59,736 bases of DNA, filler included, from Basidiobolus ranarum (GCA_040143965.1; 6 parts of 6 records of this genome joined end to end with filler, not necessarily neighbours in it); one strand, 5' to 3'. Shown: positions 1-12,900, counted from the first letter of the whole stretch. Translations and numbers: made by a program. The notes: a model not told the origin generated them from the sequence alone.

Positions 1-715
1 TCTCCAATGCCAACTATTACCCACTCTTTCACTGAAGAATGTAGAAATACAATATCTTGCACTTCTCTTAACTCGACTTGATACTCGTGATTCTTGACCA
101 GCCTGACCATATATTCAAGATTACCATCATATCTTATACGAACCAGTTAACTACTTTGAAACATGCTTTCCTAATAATTTGTCCACTGTTAAATCACGCC
201 GATTCAGGTAACCTTGAGCCAAACCATCTCTAGAAAGTAGGAATTCTCCTATTACTCCTGTTGACACAATTTATAACTCTTGGTTCAGAACATAGAACCG
301 ACTTTTCGAGATCGGAAGGCCGATCGGGATTCGATAAGACGATTCATGGATCTCAAATCGGGTAAAGCACACAGTGTGACTGGTGATATCAAATTTAAGA
401 GTTATCTGCGTGAGCTTAAGTTGAGATATTTTTGAGAATTGAACGGCCATTTCACCACCAAACATAATATGCTTCAACGGACATGATAGATTCAGTCTAT
501 TCAGCATTATCTGATTAAATAAAGCGACTGGCATAGTAGCAGCAATAATATTATGTCCCCCAATTCCACTTTCCTAAGATACTTGCACGACTAATGCATA
601 TCAGAGTAGCACCATTCAATCAAGCTGACCATATTTCCATAGCAGATGGAGCGAATGATGCGTTGTTAATCTGCACTATTCTAGCATTTTCAGTTGTTTG
701 AAAGTACTCCGTGCT
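1..715 (-). pseudogene. Degenerate NRPS adenylation-domain fragment, truncated by the contig edge
   Basis: The minus strand reads ARIVQINNASFAPSAMEIWSA*LNGATL...LKHIMFGGEM...RIPIGLPISKSRFYVLNQEL*IVSTGVIGEFLLSRDGLAQGYLNRRDLT...RIRYDGNLEY. These are recognisable A-domain motifs with in-frame stops at 620-622 and 271-273 and eroded core motifs. Confidence 0.85.
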
Positions 716-936
716 ATGTTAGATTGTATGTATTTTCCATTCATATTCGTATTCACATTTGTATTCTGTGTGACAACATTCCTTCCGCAGGCCAAGATGG
801 TTACGTGACCTCCACTGGGGTATTCACTACTACTGCGGAAATGGACTGCTGTATTTGTGGAATATTTATACTAGTGAATTTCCTACTCATGTTGGCAATA
901 CGATCACCCTCAGTGTTAGTATTGCCAATTAGTTGA

Positions 937-2402
937 ATGGCCGAATCCAATACCTTGACTCCAGGAACTAGTTTGGATAACTACGGAGATATATCCTCCG
1001 AGTTAGCTACTCATATGCATCTGAACACTACAAATGAATCAAGTTTGAATATCCAACACAAGTATGGATCCATTTTAAACGGTTTAAGTGAGCAAGGTTG
1101 GTGTTATCTGCTCGATATGCTAACTCACCCGATTAGTATCGGTTCGACATTACTCGCTGTACAGTATGTTCCCAGAGAGACACTAGAGGTACCTTTTTGT
1201 TTACTTGTCAAATGCTTGAATTTGAGGTTGATAAATTTCTAATAGACAACAGATGAAGGCAAGTTGGGGGATTTCAATACGAAAGTAGATGCAAGTGCAC
1301 CAAGAAGTATATAAAACTAATTTCAGGTTAAATAGAAAAATCCCCTCACTCCAGGTCTCATTTAACAAAGAATCCTCCTTACAATCGCCCTATGTATCAA
1401 TTGGCCCCTTTAGATACCGATATTTATGGTACCTTAAAGGCACTGGTGAAGCAACCAACTGAAGGCTGGTTTTCTCTCGGGAAAGGTGGTGACTATTTAG
1501 ATTCGTTTTCATCAACTACTGGACAAATAATCTAATATGTTTCTTGATTTCAAGGTCAATTCGTTAGCTGGCTACATGGCGCATGTTTTCAGTTACTTCA
1601 GGCCGGTCTACAAGGAATGATCAATAGTTACTTCAACCTCTATGATGATAGTGTCCCCTTCTGGCAACATAAACATCCTAGTCCTTATATTGTCGCAAAA
1701 GTGGCAAGTAAAATAATTTCAGGGTGCCTACAAGCTCCATTAGATATGGCTCAAACTAGGTAAGGCTTGATCCATCACTCATCAATAGACGCTTATTCAA
1801 ACCACAACTAAACGAATCTCCCACATACCCCGACTACATATATTAGATTGATAGTTCAGACATCATATAGAGATGAGGCTAAATACAAGGGATTAATCCA
1901 TTGCTTGAGAACAATGGTTTCTGAGGAGGGATTTGGAGCATTGTATCGGTTGCCAATCCTATTTTCAACTGCAATCATTGAATCCATGTCGGTCATAGAA
2001 TGTTATGAAATTTTGTTGAGGCAACCTGCTCAAGGTAAAGAAGCACTTCTGAAATGTTTCACTGTAATGCTGGGTTATGCTGCAGTGTTTTATTTGGTAG
2101 TGCTTCCTATGCATACCATTCGTAATCGTTTGCAATGTCAGATAGCTCCAATCGCTGCCAGAGAAAGCTTCAAAACAGTGGTAAGAACTTGTCCAGTTCC
2201 ATACACTGGCATACTGGATTGTGGCAAAAGAATCTTGACTGAAGAGTCGGTGATCCCACACAAGAGAGGGAACTCACTTAATTGGCGTGGGTTGTGGATT
2301 AATATTGGTTTACCTGCAAAAGCTTTCATATGGGGAATTGGTTCTTGTCCTGCCATTTACTGCTTAGCTCTAATGGCAAAGGAAGCCAAGCGTAAAGCGT
2401 AA
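937..2402 (+). CDS. Ugo1/SLC25A46-like mitochondrial carrier-family (fusion) protein, multi-exon
   Basis: Exons read HPISIGSTLLAVQYVP...RPMYQLAPL...KQPTEGWFSLGKG|QFVSW...NLYDDSVP...APLDMAQTR|LIVQ...KYKGLIHCLRTMVSEEGFGALY...PMHTIRNRLQCQ...PVPYTGILDC. Introns lie at 1189-1245, 1486-1554 and 1760-1846 (GT-AG; frame checked for the last two). A further intron at about 1260-1355 is unresolved. Confidence 0.75.
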
Positions 2403-2996
2403 TCTTATGTATTTCATATCAATAAAGATTCCTGCCAAGATTTTCCTAATTATGATGGAGCTTTAACCGACAAACTCTTATATATGTCATGAAATTATAT
2501 GGCGTATATGTTGATTACCGGTCAGTTATTTGATGCTCCGTCGCTTAAAAACTATAATCAATGCAAATCTCCTGAAGCTGCCATATCATGTAATAATAAC
2601 CTATAACATCGGAATTTACATCAGATGGGTACGAGTATAGTCACAAGATAAATTGTCAACATCAATAAGCACTAAATATGTTTCTTCACGAGTGTACTTT
2701 AATAGCAGGATTAGGTGAGAAGTCAAATATCTGACAGGGATTTCATTCTCAAATAGCTTACTCTAATAAAAAGGGCTCAGAAGAAGTTGTATGGTTGATA
2801 CAAGTTCAGTCTTAAAGAGTTCACCAATAGCATGAATATACGTCAAGTTGCTGTCGAAAGTTCACTCTTAAATAGCTCACTCCAAGAACAGAACGATGGA
2901 AAGGGTTGTAAAGCTGACGAAGAGTAGTTGTACGGTTGGTATAGATTGGTTTGTATCTCTCAATCTCAGTACTGTGGTTAACAAAATTTGAGAAAC

Positions 2997-3749
2997 TTAT
3001 ATCACGGCCAATATTTTGTTCTCCAGGTCTAGCATACTGTAGATGGTACCTTTGGCGAGATCAGTCATACTATCGTAATCTTTGGTGACTGCATATTTGT
3101 AACTATGCAAGTTATGTATGTTGTCGGTTATTTTATACATCTTGTCTCTTACTACTGTGGCTGTATCGATTGTATCCTTTAGTTGAATCGACATTCTCCA
3201 CTGTTTAGATAGAACTCCGATGCCTAATACAGTAGTTCCAAGAAACGCTGAGCTTAACAGAAATGGATTGAAAATGGAGTAAGAGGGGAAGATCCTTTCG
3301 CGATATTTCAGTACAAACACGTAGGCGATACATAATGACCCTCTTTTAAGAAACCCGGCAAACAGTTCGTTTATGGACTTTTGATAATGGATTTTTATCC
3401 TGTTCAGGAAGCTACAACATACCCTAGTTAATTCAGCTGGTGTATCGTAATCCACTTGGTTAATATTTTCCAAGTTACTATTGGCCAATAACTTGTTAAA
3501 TACATGCTTTTCCTTGAGGATATACTGTAATATGTTGTTTATGACAACTCCGTATTCCTCCGTAACATCGTAATGCTCCTTCTTGACGTTCTCTATTATA
3601 GGCTCAGTAAGAGTGTTGATTTCAGGCAGAATGTATCTAAATATGCTCACACTGTTGACAACCACTTCAACACTGCTTAGAATTACATCCATGGTAAACG
3701 GAAAGTATTCCAAAAAAAGTTTGCCAGAAAAGAGGAATAATTGTCTCAT
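2997..3749 (-). CDS. Hypothetical protein (about 250 aa) with two hydrophobic segments; may have upstream exons
   Basis: A 753-bp uninterrupted ORF in AT-rich DNA with hydrophobic stretches SLCIAYVFVL and FLLSSAFLGTTVLGIGVL. No family recognised. Confidence 0.55.
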   Translation of the reverse strand: MRQLFLFSGKLFLEYFPFTMDVILSSVEVVVNSVSIFRYILPEINTLTEPIIENVKKEHYDVTEEYGVVINNILQYILKEKHVFNKLLANSNLENINQVDYDTPAELTRVCCSFLNRIKIHYQKSINELFAGFLKRGSLCIAYVFVLKYRERIFPSYSIFNPFLLSSAFLGTTVLGIGVLSKQWRMSIQLKDTIDTATVVRDKMYKITDNIHNLHSYKYAVTKDYDSMTDLAKGTIYSMLDLENKILAVI

Positions 3750-4342
3750 CCCTCGATATCGACTTGTTAACTAACCCTAAGCTGAGTCATGAAGCAGATA
3801 TCTTCATAATTGTAGAATTTTCATCCAATAGAAATGAATCGAATAATGATGGTATTCTTTAACACGATATGTTGATGCCTACCCTAACCCTTAGTCAACT
3901 ACTGTCTATTCTTTAGCAATACTTTATTGTTTATAAACTTGACATTGGATAATATGAAGTCCAATTATCAGGAACTTCAAGATACTTTCATCAATGTATG
4001 ACACTAGTAATGGATTGATACTGTTATATTCGATATCTGCCTTCTTTTGTAATATTTTTATATCCACCTTATACTAACCCTAACGCTAAGTAAAAGGTAA
4101 ACCCAGAAGTAAGTATGCCAACTGATAACAGTCCGATGAAGAATCTGATTAAATGTCTTATTTTATATAGCAAAATATGGAGGCAGACTAACAAGAAATA
4201 TTTTCTGAAGTGGCCCATCTCCAACTACACATATCTGCTTCTATAATAATTGCATCTTAGTTTGTTGAGATTAGATATATCATTAAAGCAGTTGTACAAA
4301 TGTATGGAATAATGCAACTTTGAACTAACTATATAGGAATAC

Positions 4343-4414
4343 TCAGCACATCAGGAATTGAGCCTGGGACCTGTATTTTGTAGGTTTTGGAGCTCAACTA
4401 TTGAATTCTGGTAT
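4343..4414 (-). pseudogene. Highly decayed tRNA-like sequence
   Basis: Aligns by eye with the tRNA-like sequence at 28471-28543 (caggaattgagcctgggacct vs caggatttgaacctgggacct; gctc-aactattga vs gctctaaccactga). It lies about 80 bp downstream of a TGTTGA LTR-like start at 4263. Confidence 0.4.
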
Positions 4415-5047
4415 TTGCCTTACTAACAGCAGTTAGCTAATAATGAAGGTCAGCATTAAGCCTATTATTTTATATTAAACAAGAAAACCATACCAGAGTC
4501 TTGTGGGATAATCCTGGAACTGGCTAAGATCTGGCCTGGATAAATATTGTGGAAATCTGATTTCTGACATACAAGCACAATAACCTAATACACCAGGTAC
4601 ACAGTAAACCTACCTTTATATGCAAAGTTTGTTGGCCAAATGAAAGTTTTGGAGGTGTCATATTAAGAAACAGGACAACAACTGTAGACAAAGACAAGAA
4701 GCTGGAAAACAGGAAGATACTTGGGTGTAAACCATGAGACAAGCAAGATTAGGCTGGGAATGTTGTAGTACAATAATCTTTATTATAACTGGTGTTGATC
4801 AGATCTCAGTCCAATTAAGGAATGAGGTTAATATAAAATGGAGGATAATACAAATAGAATTATTAGAGAATACACTATGACAAGTGGAATCATTGCGGTG
4901 CTGAGGGCTGCAATTTCCAATCCAGGAGAGGATGATATAATGGCATTACACCACTTCCTATAGAAGGTTCATGAGAGAATACTCTAATCTAAGCAATGTA
5001 TTGCATTAAAGAAAAAAGGGATAAAAAGTCCTTACTTGGCTAAACTA

Positions 5048-5396
5048 TGTAGAAAATTAGCATTGCATAAACACCTATATACTCATTTATAGCTTAGTTT
5101 CCAGCTATCCTATGTTTTACCCAGAAATTACTCACTATATTCAATTATAATTTACTTAAAATAGTGATACCTACTTAGAAGCACACAGCAATATAGATTT
5201 TTCGAACCAGTCCTAGAACCTCCAGACTTTGGACCCATGCTTCTGAGACCCTCCTTTACAAAATTTACATGTTTTTTTGTTTACATATGATAAAACTATA
5301 AATGTCAACTTTCAACTCAACAAATCAATTAGTAAAATACAGCAAGTCTTCCAGTTCTCCAAGACATTTCCAACAGACTCTCAAGATACTCTAACA
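5048..5396 (+). mobile_element. Solo LTR, family A (decayed copy)
   Basis: TGTAGAAAATTAGC...CTCTAACA, similar throughout to 6213-6517. Flanks AACTA/AGCTG could be a TSD with two transitions. Confidence 0.6.
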
Positions 5397-5803
5397 AGCT
5401 GAAGAGACACATAAGGGCAGAAACTCAGAACTTTTGAAGTGGGAGATATTAGCAGGGCATATCAAAATGATAAGATTTCAAGAATAGCAGTAATTTACTA
5501 TTTGATTGAAGAGAGTTGGTTTGCTAGGCATGCTGTTTTTTATAAGTTTGATTGACTAGGTTTATAAAGAAAGTTGAAATAGGAAAGTGGGCTCTGATAT
5601 GATCTACTAGGTGGGTAGTGAAAAACCAATATTTGTCAAGACATAAACCTAACCTCTATTTATACTTTTTTATTAGAAAACATGCTTGTTAATTCCTTTA
5701 CCAAAACATTAGCTAAGCATAAGTTTAAGTAATTTTTACCTTCCTTAGGATTAATTAGCATACTCATTTAGTTTAGGGAGAGTGTTGAGATTAACCTAGC
5801 TGA

Positions 5804-6151
5804 TGTTGAAGTATTTTGGGAGTGTGTTGGAATTACTTTGAGGAACAAGAGGAATCAAAGGTCTTCACCAGCTACTTTACTCAGGCAAAAGTTGATTTGT
5901 ATAGTCTTTTCAATGAGAAAGCAAGCCAGTAAGTGGAAAATGTTAAAAACAGTCCCATGAACATGTATGCAAAGTTTGATGCTTGTGGCACAGGTTGGAA
6001 AAGCTTATATATTGGAGAACTTCTGAGTTGGTAAAGATATTAGAAGTAAATTCCTTTGAGAATAGTGAGCAAAATCTTAGTGAAATATAGAATCACTAGA
6101 TGCTAAGCTACTTTTGGCAATATAGACATTTAGGCTATGCTAATTTCAACA
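5804..6151 (-). mobile_element. Solo LTR, family A (inverted copy)
   Basis: Its reverse complement matches 6213-6517; for example 6129-6151 tttaggctatgctaatttcaaca is the near reverse complement of tgttgaaattagcattgcctaaa. It has TG...CA ends but no TSD was seen. Confidence 0.6.
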
Positions 6152-6212
6152 CAACAGAGGAGCTTTTGTCATATTGCCCACTCATAAATGCTCACAGTTT
6201 CTGAGATATATT

Positions 6213-6517
6213 TGTTGAAATTAGCATTGCCTAAACACCTATATAGTCATATATGGCTTAGTACTTAGTTATCTTATATTTCACCAAGATATTACCCATT
6301 ATTCTCAATCAGAATTTATTTAGAAGTTCTTGGATATATAGATTTTCCAACGAAGCCCCAAACTTTGCACACATGTTCCTAGGACCTTCCTTAACATATT
6401 CTACACGTTAGTTTGTTTACATCTTGACAAAACTATAAATGTCAACTCAATAAGTGAAAACCACCAATTTCTCTAATTCTCCAAACCACTTCTAACAAGC
6501 TCCCAAATACTTTAACA
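6213..6517 (+). mobile_element. Solo LTR, family A, with 5-bp target-site duplication
   Basis: Starts TGTTGAAA and ends TTTAACA, flanked by ATATT on both sides (6208-6212 and 6518-6522). Related copies occur elsewhere in the window. Orientation is arbitrary. Confidence 0.8.
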
Positions 6518-7501
6518 ATATTTATGTATACAGCCTAGTTTATGCCTGCAAAATATTCAGTGGATGAACAGTTGTAAGCATTTTAGATGGATTGTAAGTA
6601 ACTAGGATAACCGGAATAAATATGTGATTTGGACTTGTTATAAAAATTGAAAATAAGTATTTGTTCTCATCTCGGAAATAAGGTCAGGTAATGCCAAGGG
6701 TGAGTCTACAAGTTGTTTGAGAAGTTAGGCAAAATTTTAGGGAGTTTTGAATGAGTTTAAAAATTTATATCTTTTCTCAATATTTCGGGTATTTATCAAA
6801 TATATCCAACAACTATGTGACAATGGTGAATTATGTAAACAGCAATTATGATAAGCAAAGTATATGAATAGTTAGGTGCTTAATTCTAATATTCAAGAAC
6901 TGAAAGCAGTACAAATTATAGTTGTAGAGACTCGGCACTCTTCCATAGAAAGCATTTTGCAAGATCGGTGAGTCATCCAAATTAGAGTTAGTGTTGATCA
7001 CTATTTGGCATAAGAGTGTTTGAGGCTTTTGACAAGTGAGCTTAGTATAAAAAGATCGAAATCAATCTGATTAGATTAGCCAGATTTGAAGAATCACTTC
7101 TCATTGATAAATGGTATTTTTGGTTTATCTGATTACATCAATTCAACAACTGAGGAGCAATCGTGACCGAATAAAGTGGCACTTGAGGTGTATGTAAAGA
7201 GATAAATCGCAATATCGTCAGTATACTGACGCGATCAACCATTCCAAATAAGCTAGGCCCAACCACATATTAGTTGAATAGTTTTAAGGATGTTTCTTCA
7301 CATACAACACAGTCAGATATTGGTTACCAACTGGCCCAAATAGTAACCACCCCTTATGCTTCCTAACCCTAAAAACATCTATAAGAACGTGTTCTTGTCT
7401 TGAACTCCTTTCCAGCGCTTTAACTCTTCACTCACTGAGCTGGACCTACTTGCTTTCACCGGTAACTAACTTCTCTATACTCTCGGTGGTAGATCTTTGT
7501 C

Positions 7502-8624
7502 ATGAGTATCGTCGATACATTTATGTTGGAAGAAAATCGTCCTCTAAGGCGTAAAGTTATAATCACCATTGGTGCTAGTAAACGTCGGTTTATGGGTTGC
7601 CGCAGTACTCACTCTGAAGAATTATAATGGACTCCTTAGTCAAGCAGTTTTAGCCTATACTCTCGGGTTGCATCACGCGTTGGATGCTGACCATATCACT
7701 GGTATAATCTTTCCTAATCATTCTCTTTTGAGATTAACCGTTTCCCTTCAATAGCATTTGACAACATTACCCGTAAATTGATTCAGTCCAATAAAAAGCC
7801 ATGTCTAGTGGGACTTTTTTTCTCTTTAGGCCATTCTACCATTGTCATTATTGCATCCATTGCTATTGCTGCCACCGCTGTTGTTGATCAGTTCCCAGCA
7901 TTTCAAGATGTTGGTGGGGTTATTGGTACTTGTGTGTCAGGTGCGTTTCTATTACTCATTAGTATCATAGATGCAGTCATGTTGGTGAGCATTTGGAGGC
8001 AGTTAAAAGTTCTTCGTCGGGATAAAATATATAGGGAAATTGACGTGGAAGAGATGCTTAGGGGGAGTTTTGTCGCGATTTTTTAGACCAATTTTTAACT
8101 TCATGACGCAGTTGGAAAATGTATCCATTGGGAATCCTCTTGGGGTTTGGATTTGATACAGCGACTGAGATCACTCTGTTGGCTCTATCAGCTACTCAAG
8201 CAAATAACGGCTTGCCCATAGGACTGATCCTGTTCTTCCCATTATTACTTACTGCTGAAATGTCACTAATAGACACCATGGACGGCATGCTCATGCTATG
8301 TACCTATAGCTGGGCCTTCATATCCCCTATTCGTAAGATTTACTTCAACTTCACTATCACGTTTATCTCATCGGTATGGTGCAAGTGTTCAACGTACTGG
8401 GAGATACGCTAGACCTAAAAGGAAGCTTCTGGGAATTTTTTGGAGAGGTTGGGGATCATTTTGATATTGTCGGATATTGTATGTCAGTCTTTTCGTATTT
8501 ATCTGGATTATAGCCATTATCATATACAAATCTCGAAAAGAATATTGTCGTGATCCGTGGAGACAATAATGTTGCACAATTGGAAAAAGGAGAAGAATCT
8601 ATGGGAGCCTCGCTTTCAACCTAA
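7502..8624 (+). pseudogene. High-affinity nickel transporter (NiCoT; Nic1/HoxN/NixA family) pseudogene
   Basis: Motifs GLHHALDADHI (canonical RHAxDADHI), VGLFFSLGHSTIV, MYPLG..GFGFDTATEI and MSLIDTMDG are present, with an intron at about 7702-7753. Frameshifts occur near 7565, 8080-8118 and about 8380. Confidence 0.85.
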
Positions 8625-9169
8625 AAATCTCGAGTAACTAAACAAATAAATAAATTTGTAGAACTACTCCTGTACGGGGATATTTACTTCTTTTTTGCCC
8701 CATTATAAGCCTCATTAATTTCCTATGTCATTGTGCTGTCACTCACAACATTACCTGGTGAAATCTTGCTAGCAAGACAAGATGGAGTATCTTGTTTGAT
8801 GGCAATAATTTACTTACAGCTTAACACACCAGATCAAGTTAATGACAAGATTCTAGTGAGTCCATTTCAGTAAGCTACTTATTACCTGGGAAAACAAGCG
8901 AGAAAATACTGATGATGCCTTTTTGCTTAGATAATCTCGGAAGTCAGCGGTTGCAGTAATACTAGCCCTCTCCTTAGTATCGCTATCGTAATCTTTCTAT
9001 TCGTCACACATTACACAGAACATACGGAATCCAAAATCACTGGTGCCATGAAACCCTGGATGAATTAGGGTTAGGCTTTATACTGCCATCGGTAGGATTT
9101 TCCTTTTAGAAATATCAGCATATTTCGAGTCACATTTGAAACAATGTTTGATGAAATAATTATATGCAA

Positions 9170-9610
9170 GTTAGGATGTTGGCTATAGTGTGGGAAACTC
9201 GCAATTCTGTGGATTAACATCGAGTAGATATTGGTACAAGGATTAGAATGTCTTTAAGATAAGTTTGGAAATATATATCATGAGCATAGAATAGATACAC
9301 CAATGTTTATATTCTAGCATGATAAAGATCCTAAGCACTGAGATGACAGAGAATCAATTAGTATCATAGAATATGATATTAGAAAGCTTTTATGGCCACC
9401 GCAATCTCCTGCTTTTATGGCAACCGCAATCTCCTGCTTTTAATCCTAATAAGCCATTGTGAAGTTATCTTAAATTAGGTGTGGATAGTAAATGATTCCG
9501 CCAAAGGATTTAATATACTTATTGGAAGTTATAACATACCCAGAGAATATTATTAGGCCTTGTTTAGTAGTATGCCCAGAAATTATGAAGTAGATATAAA
9601 GAAAGTTTGA
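9170..9610 (+). mobile_element. Tc1/mariner DDE transposase relic
   Basis: Reads IF*HDKDPKH (FQxDNDPKH) at 9309-9338, WPPQSPAFNP (WPxQSPDLNPIE) with a 25-bp tandem duplication at 9386-9435, and SMPR near 9570. Confidence 0.7.
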
Positions 9611-9884
9611 TTAGCCAGGGATGAGAATTGCCGCATAATTCAAGATTTGATTCCTTGCTATGCTTTATGTTTACGATCTGGGGTGCAAATGCACTAGATT
9701 CACAACCGTAGTATTACTCCGAACCCTTAGCTATTCTTCACTTAATATTTTGATATATTTTACTTGATCATGATACTGGATATTGAAGCAAATGTAAGAT
9801 CTAGTTGCTTATCTATTTGCTTGATCTTCTGATTCAAGACGTAGCAGATCTAGTTAAGGATATGACTTTGGTGTAGTTAAGGAT

Positions 9885-9984
9885 NNNNNNNNNNNNNNNN
9901 NNNNNNNNNNNNNNNNNNNNNNNNNNNNTTAATTAATTAANNNNNNNNNNNNNNNNNNNNNNNNNNNNNNNNNNNNNNNNNNNN
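9885..9984. other. Artificial contig-joining spacer 1
   Basis: 44 N + TTAATTAATTAA (stops in all six frames) + 44 N. Confidence 0.98.
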
Positions 9985-12900
9985 GATGGTGAGCCCTTTT
10001 GTGGGGAATTGGAATTTCATGGGAGATACGATGTTGCAAGAAGTTGTTGTACTAATCCCATATGGCTGAAGAGTATTTATACCTTTACTGCTTAAGGAGA
10101 TACCAACTAAAGATTTTGATCCAGCTTTGCAGATGGGAATATTTTTGTACATTGCCATGTGAACCGACATTTTTCTTTCTATATTCGGTCGACTCCACTG
10201 TCGTACAACTTTCTATTTTTTTATATTAAAGATGTAGCGTGCCAACTTAACTTTGGATGATTATATATTTCAAAAGTACACTGATTAATACAATTTAATA
10301 GTATCAGAAGAAAGTAAGGGATGAGAAAAGTCATATGTTGTTTGAGGAGCCAGTGTGGTTGTTTTCACTGCCTCATGTATCCGTGCCAATTAGTAAGGAT
10401 GCTTCACAGCCATCAAATCTTGCCTACCCTGCCAATGCAATACTACTAGCGGCCTTAGGGTTGAAGTTGTACAAACCTTGTTCCTGTATACTGACACTGA
10501 CTCATCATTACCCATCGGAATAATCCGGATTGGTAGGTTAATTCTTTGACACTGGCAAGAATGTGTGGTTGTCAATTGTCCTCAGATAATCATAGATGCA
10601 TGATGATCTATGATGGGAAGGAAGCCTTTAAACTCTTGATAAGCAAGGGTTTCTGCCAAGGTTGTGTTTTCGGATTCATTTGATTAGCAAATGTATGCAA
10701 AGTTGTACAGAATTTTTATTATGGATGACTTGACTAATTTATTCCATCTCCCATCGATAATCACCATTGAGTTCTAAATTACGATGACCCAACTGGATGT
10801 ATCTTGGATAGAAGAGTCAAATTGCATGCTTCAGGTGTATTCAGTTCAATTGCTCATATGATAATTGTACTCGCTGAATGATGGATGGTCAATTATTTAC
10901 TTTGATCCAATTTCCTGGGTAATTCATCTTTTGGTTGGCACGCAATAATTAATCAAAATGCATGGTGCGAGTGGATGCACTTGGTTTATCGAATGGAAGG
11001 ATGAATCTAACCTTCTTCACTATAAGCTTTACTTTGCAAGTAGAGCATACATCTTTAGGTTGAAATCCTAAGTTTAAAATCAGATAGAAATAAAGTGACA
11101 CTCTAGATAGCAGATGGCGACTTGAACTGGCTCAGTAACTATTGAGGAGGAACAAGCTTTTCAACGTATCTTCGTTAAGACGACTTGATTAAGAATGAGT
11201 ATAATTTCAATTCTTGAATGAGTGACTATAAGATAGATTTACCTGTCCCATCCACGACCCTTTCTTGCCGAAAGACGTTGAGCATACCAGGCAGGAAAGT
11301 ACAAAGAGAAACTAATCAATGTTGGGACTTGTACAGTCTTGGAATCGGTTCAAAATTACGAAATTAATATAGTGCCCTCAGATGTTAGAGTGAAGAAACT
11401 TACGGATATTTGAGCGATCACTTGTTGAGCCTGTGTGTACTTGGGATACATTCTTCAGGCTTGATATTATTTGTTGGAGTTGCTACTTTAGATGAGGAGG
11501 TCGTACACTGGCGATTCCTTGTCTGATGGTGCTTTAAATACCATATACAAGCGTAACAAGAGCCTTTCATTCATTCAATCCCACTGGCTACTTGAAAGGT
11601 ATCTTTGGGCAATCCAATGGTCAACTAGGGCGATCCAAAGTAAATGAGGTGGCCACTAGAAAGATCTGGTGAAGATGACAGATGTCGAACGACCACATCA
11701 TTGGATTGAACATCATCCCAGTGACTGCTAAATATTTTTTTTTATCGTAATATCGATAAATCGCTAGACGTCCCGACCTTAATGCACGCCCAAATTAACC
11801 AGATATTATTCTGGATTAATCTATGCAAAAGCGCATCATCATATCTGGTTTTTGATTTAAGAATTTGCCATCCGGATACCAAATTTATGCCAGTTTCTAG
11901 CCAGCTGCGATTACGCTGTACTTGGTTACTAAAAATCCTATTCTCAAATAAGTGTAAATGCAAGTAAACAGAGGGAATGTTGCAATGGATCACAGACTAA
12001 GTCTCGCCCAACGCTTGAGGCCTTCGAATACCGAGTGAGTAAGGAGAACTCGGCTATTCCGCGCTTCCTTCACAGGCATCATGATACATACTAATAGTGA
12101 CGTTGAAATTCTGTACCTGTTGCGACATTATCTGGTTTTCAATCCTCGAATCATCCAAGCTACTCCATTATTTTCCTTTCCCCCTCACCCTGTGACCTAT
12201 GGATCGGTTGACTCGCTGTGGTAAATGAATATTTTGTCACAGGAAACATTTTTAGTAGATCCATCTTCTATGATGACCTAAAGCGACGAACTGTATTCTA
12301 AAGAATGTCAACTATGGTAAAATCTTCATCCGATAAAGATGATTAATTAAATGCGACATCGTGACTTGAGGCAAAAGTAACGTTAAACCAAAACCGGTTA
12401 TTTAGTATTTTCTGACAGTTCCTGGCAAATACATTTTGAAAACCAGCTGCTATTTACCCGGAATTCAGGTAATCTAAGGAGCGGAGAACTTCAGTGAAGT
12501 CATTCACACATACAGACGAGTAGATGAGGGTTTCATTGATAATCTAGCCAAAAATGACGAGACATGCAACAGAGAATTGATTTTCTTCTCGAGAAATCAC
12601 TTGATGTGTCCATTATGAGAGTCTAGTGATATAATATTTATACTAGCGCGATGCAACATTCGTAAACATCTAAAGCACCACAACTGAATAAGAAAGACCA
12701 CTTTGCTCCTACCGGAATTTGGAACCTTCTACACTATAACAGACTACAAAGTGCTTTGATTCTCTCACATGATTCACTACTTCCTGGAAAAGCACACCAG
12801 AGTATTCCACTTTAACAATGCAGCCATTTAAAGTAGATACTGGACCACAAATCGCTTGGACACCTTGGACTCATTTATTGAGATGATCCTTGTGGAAAGA

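Noticed and set aside
9929-9940. TTAATTAATTAA palindrome recurring about every 10 kb
   Set aside because: It is an assembly linker embedded in Ns, not biological periodicity.
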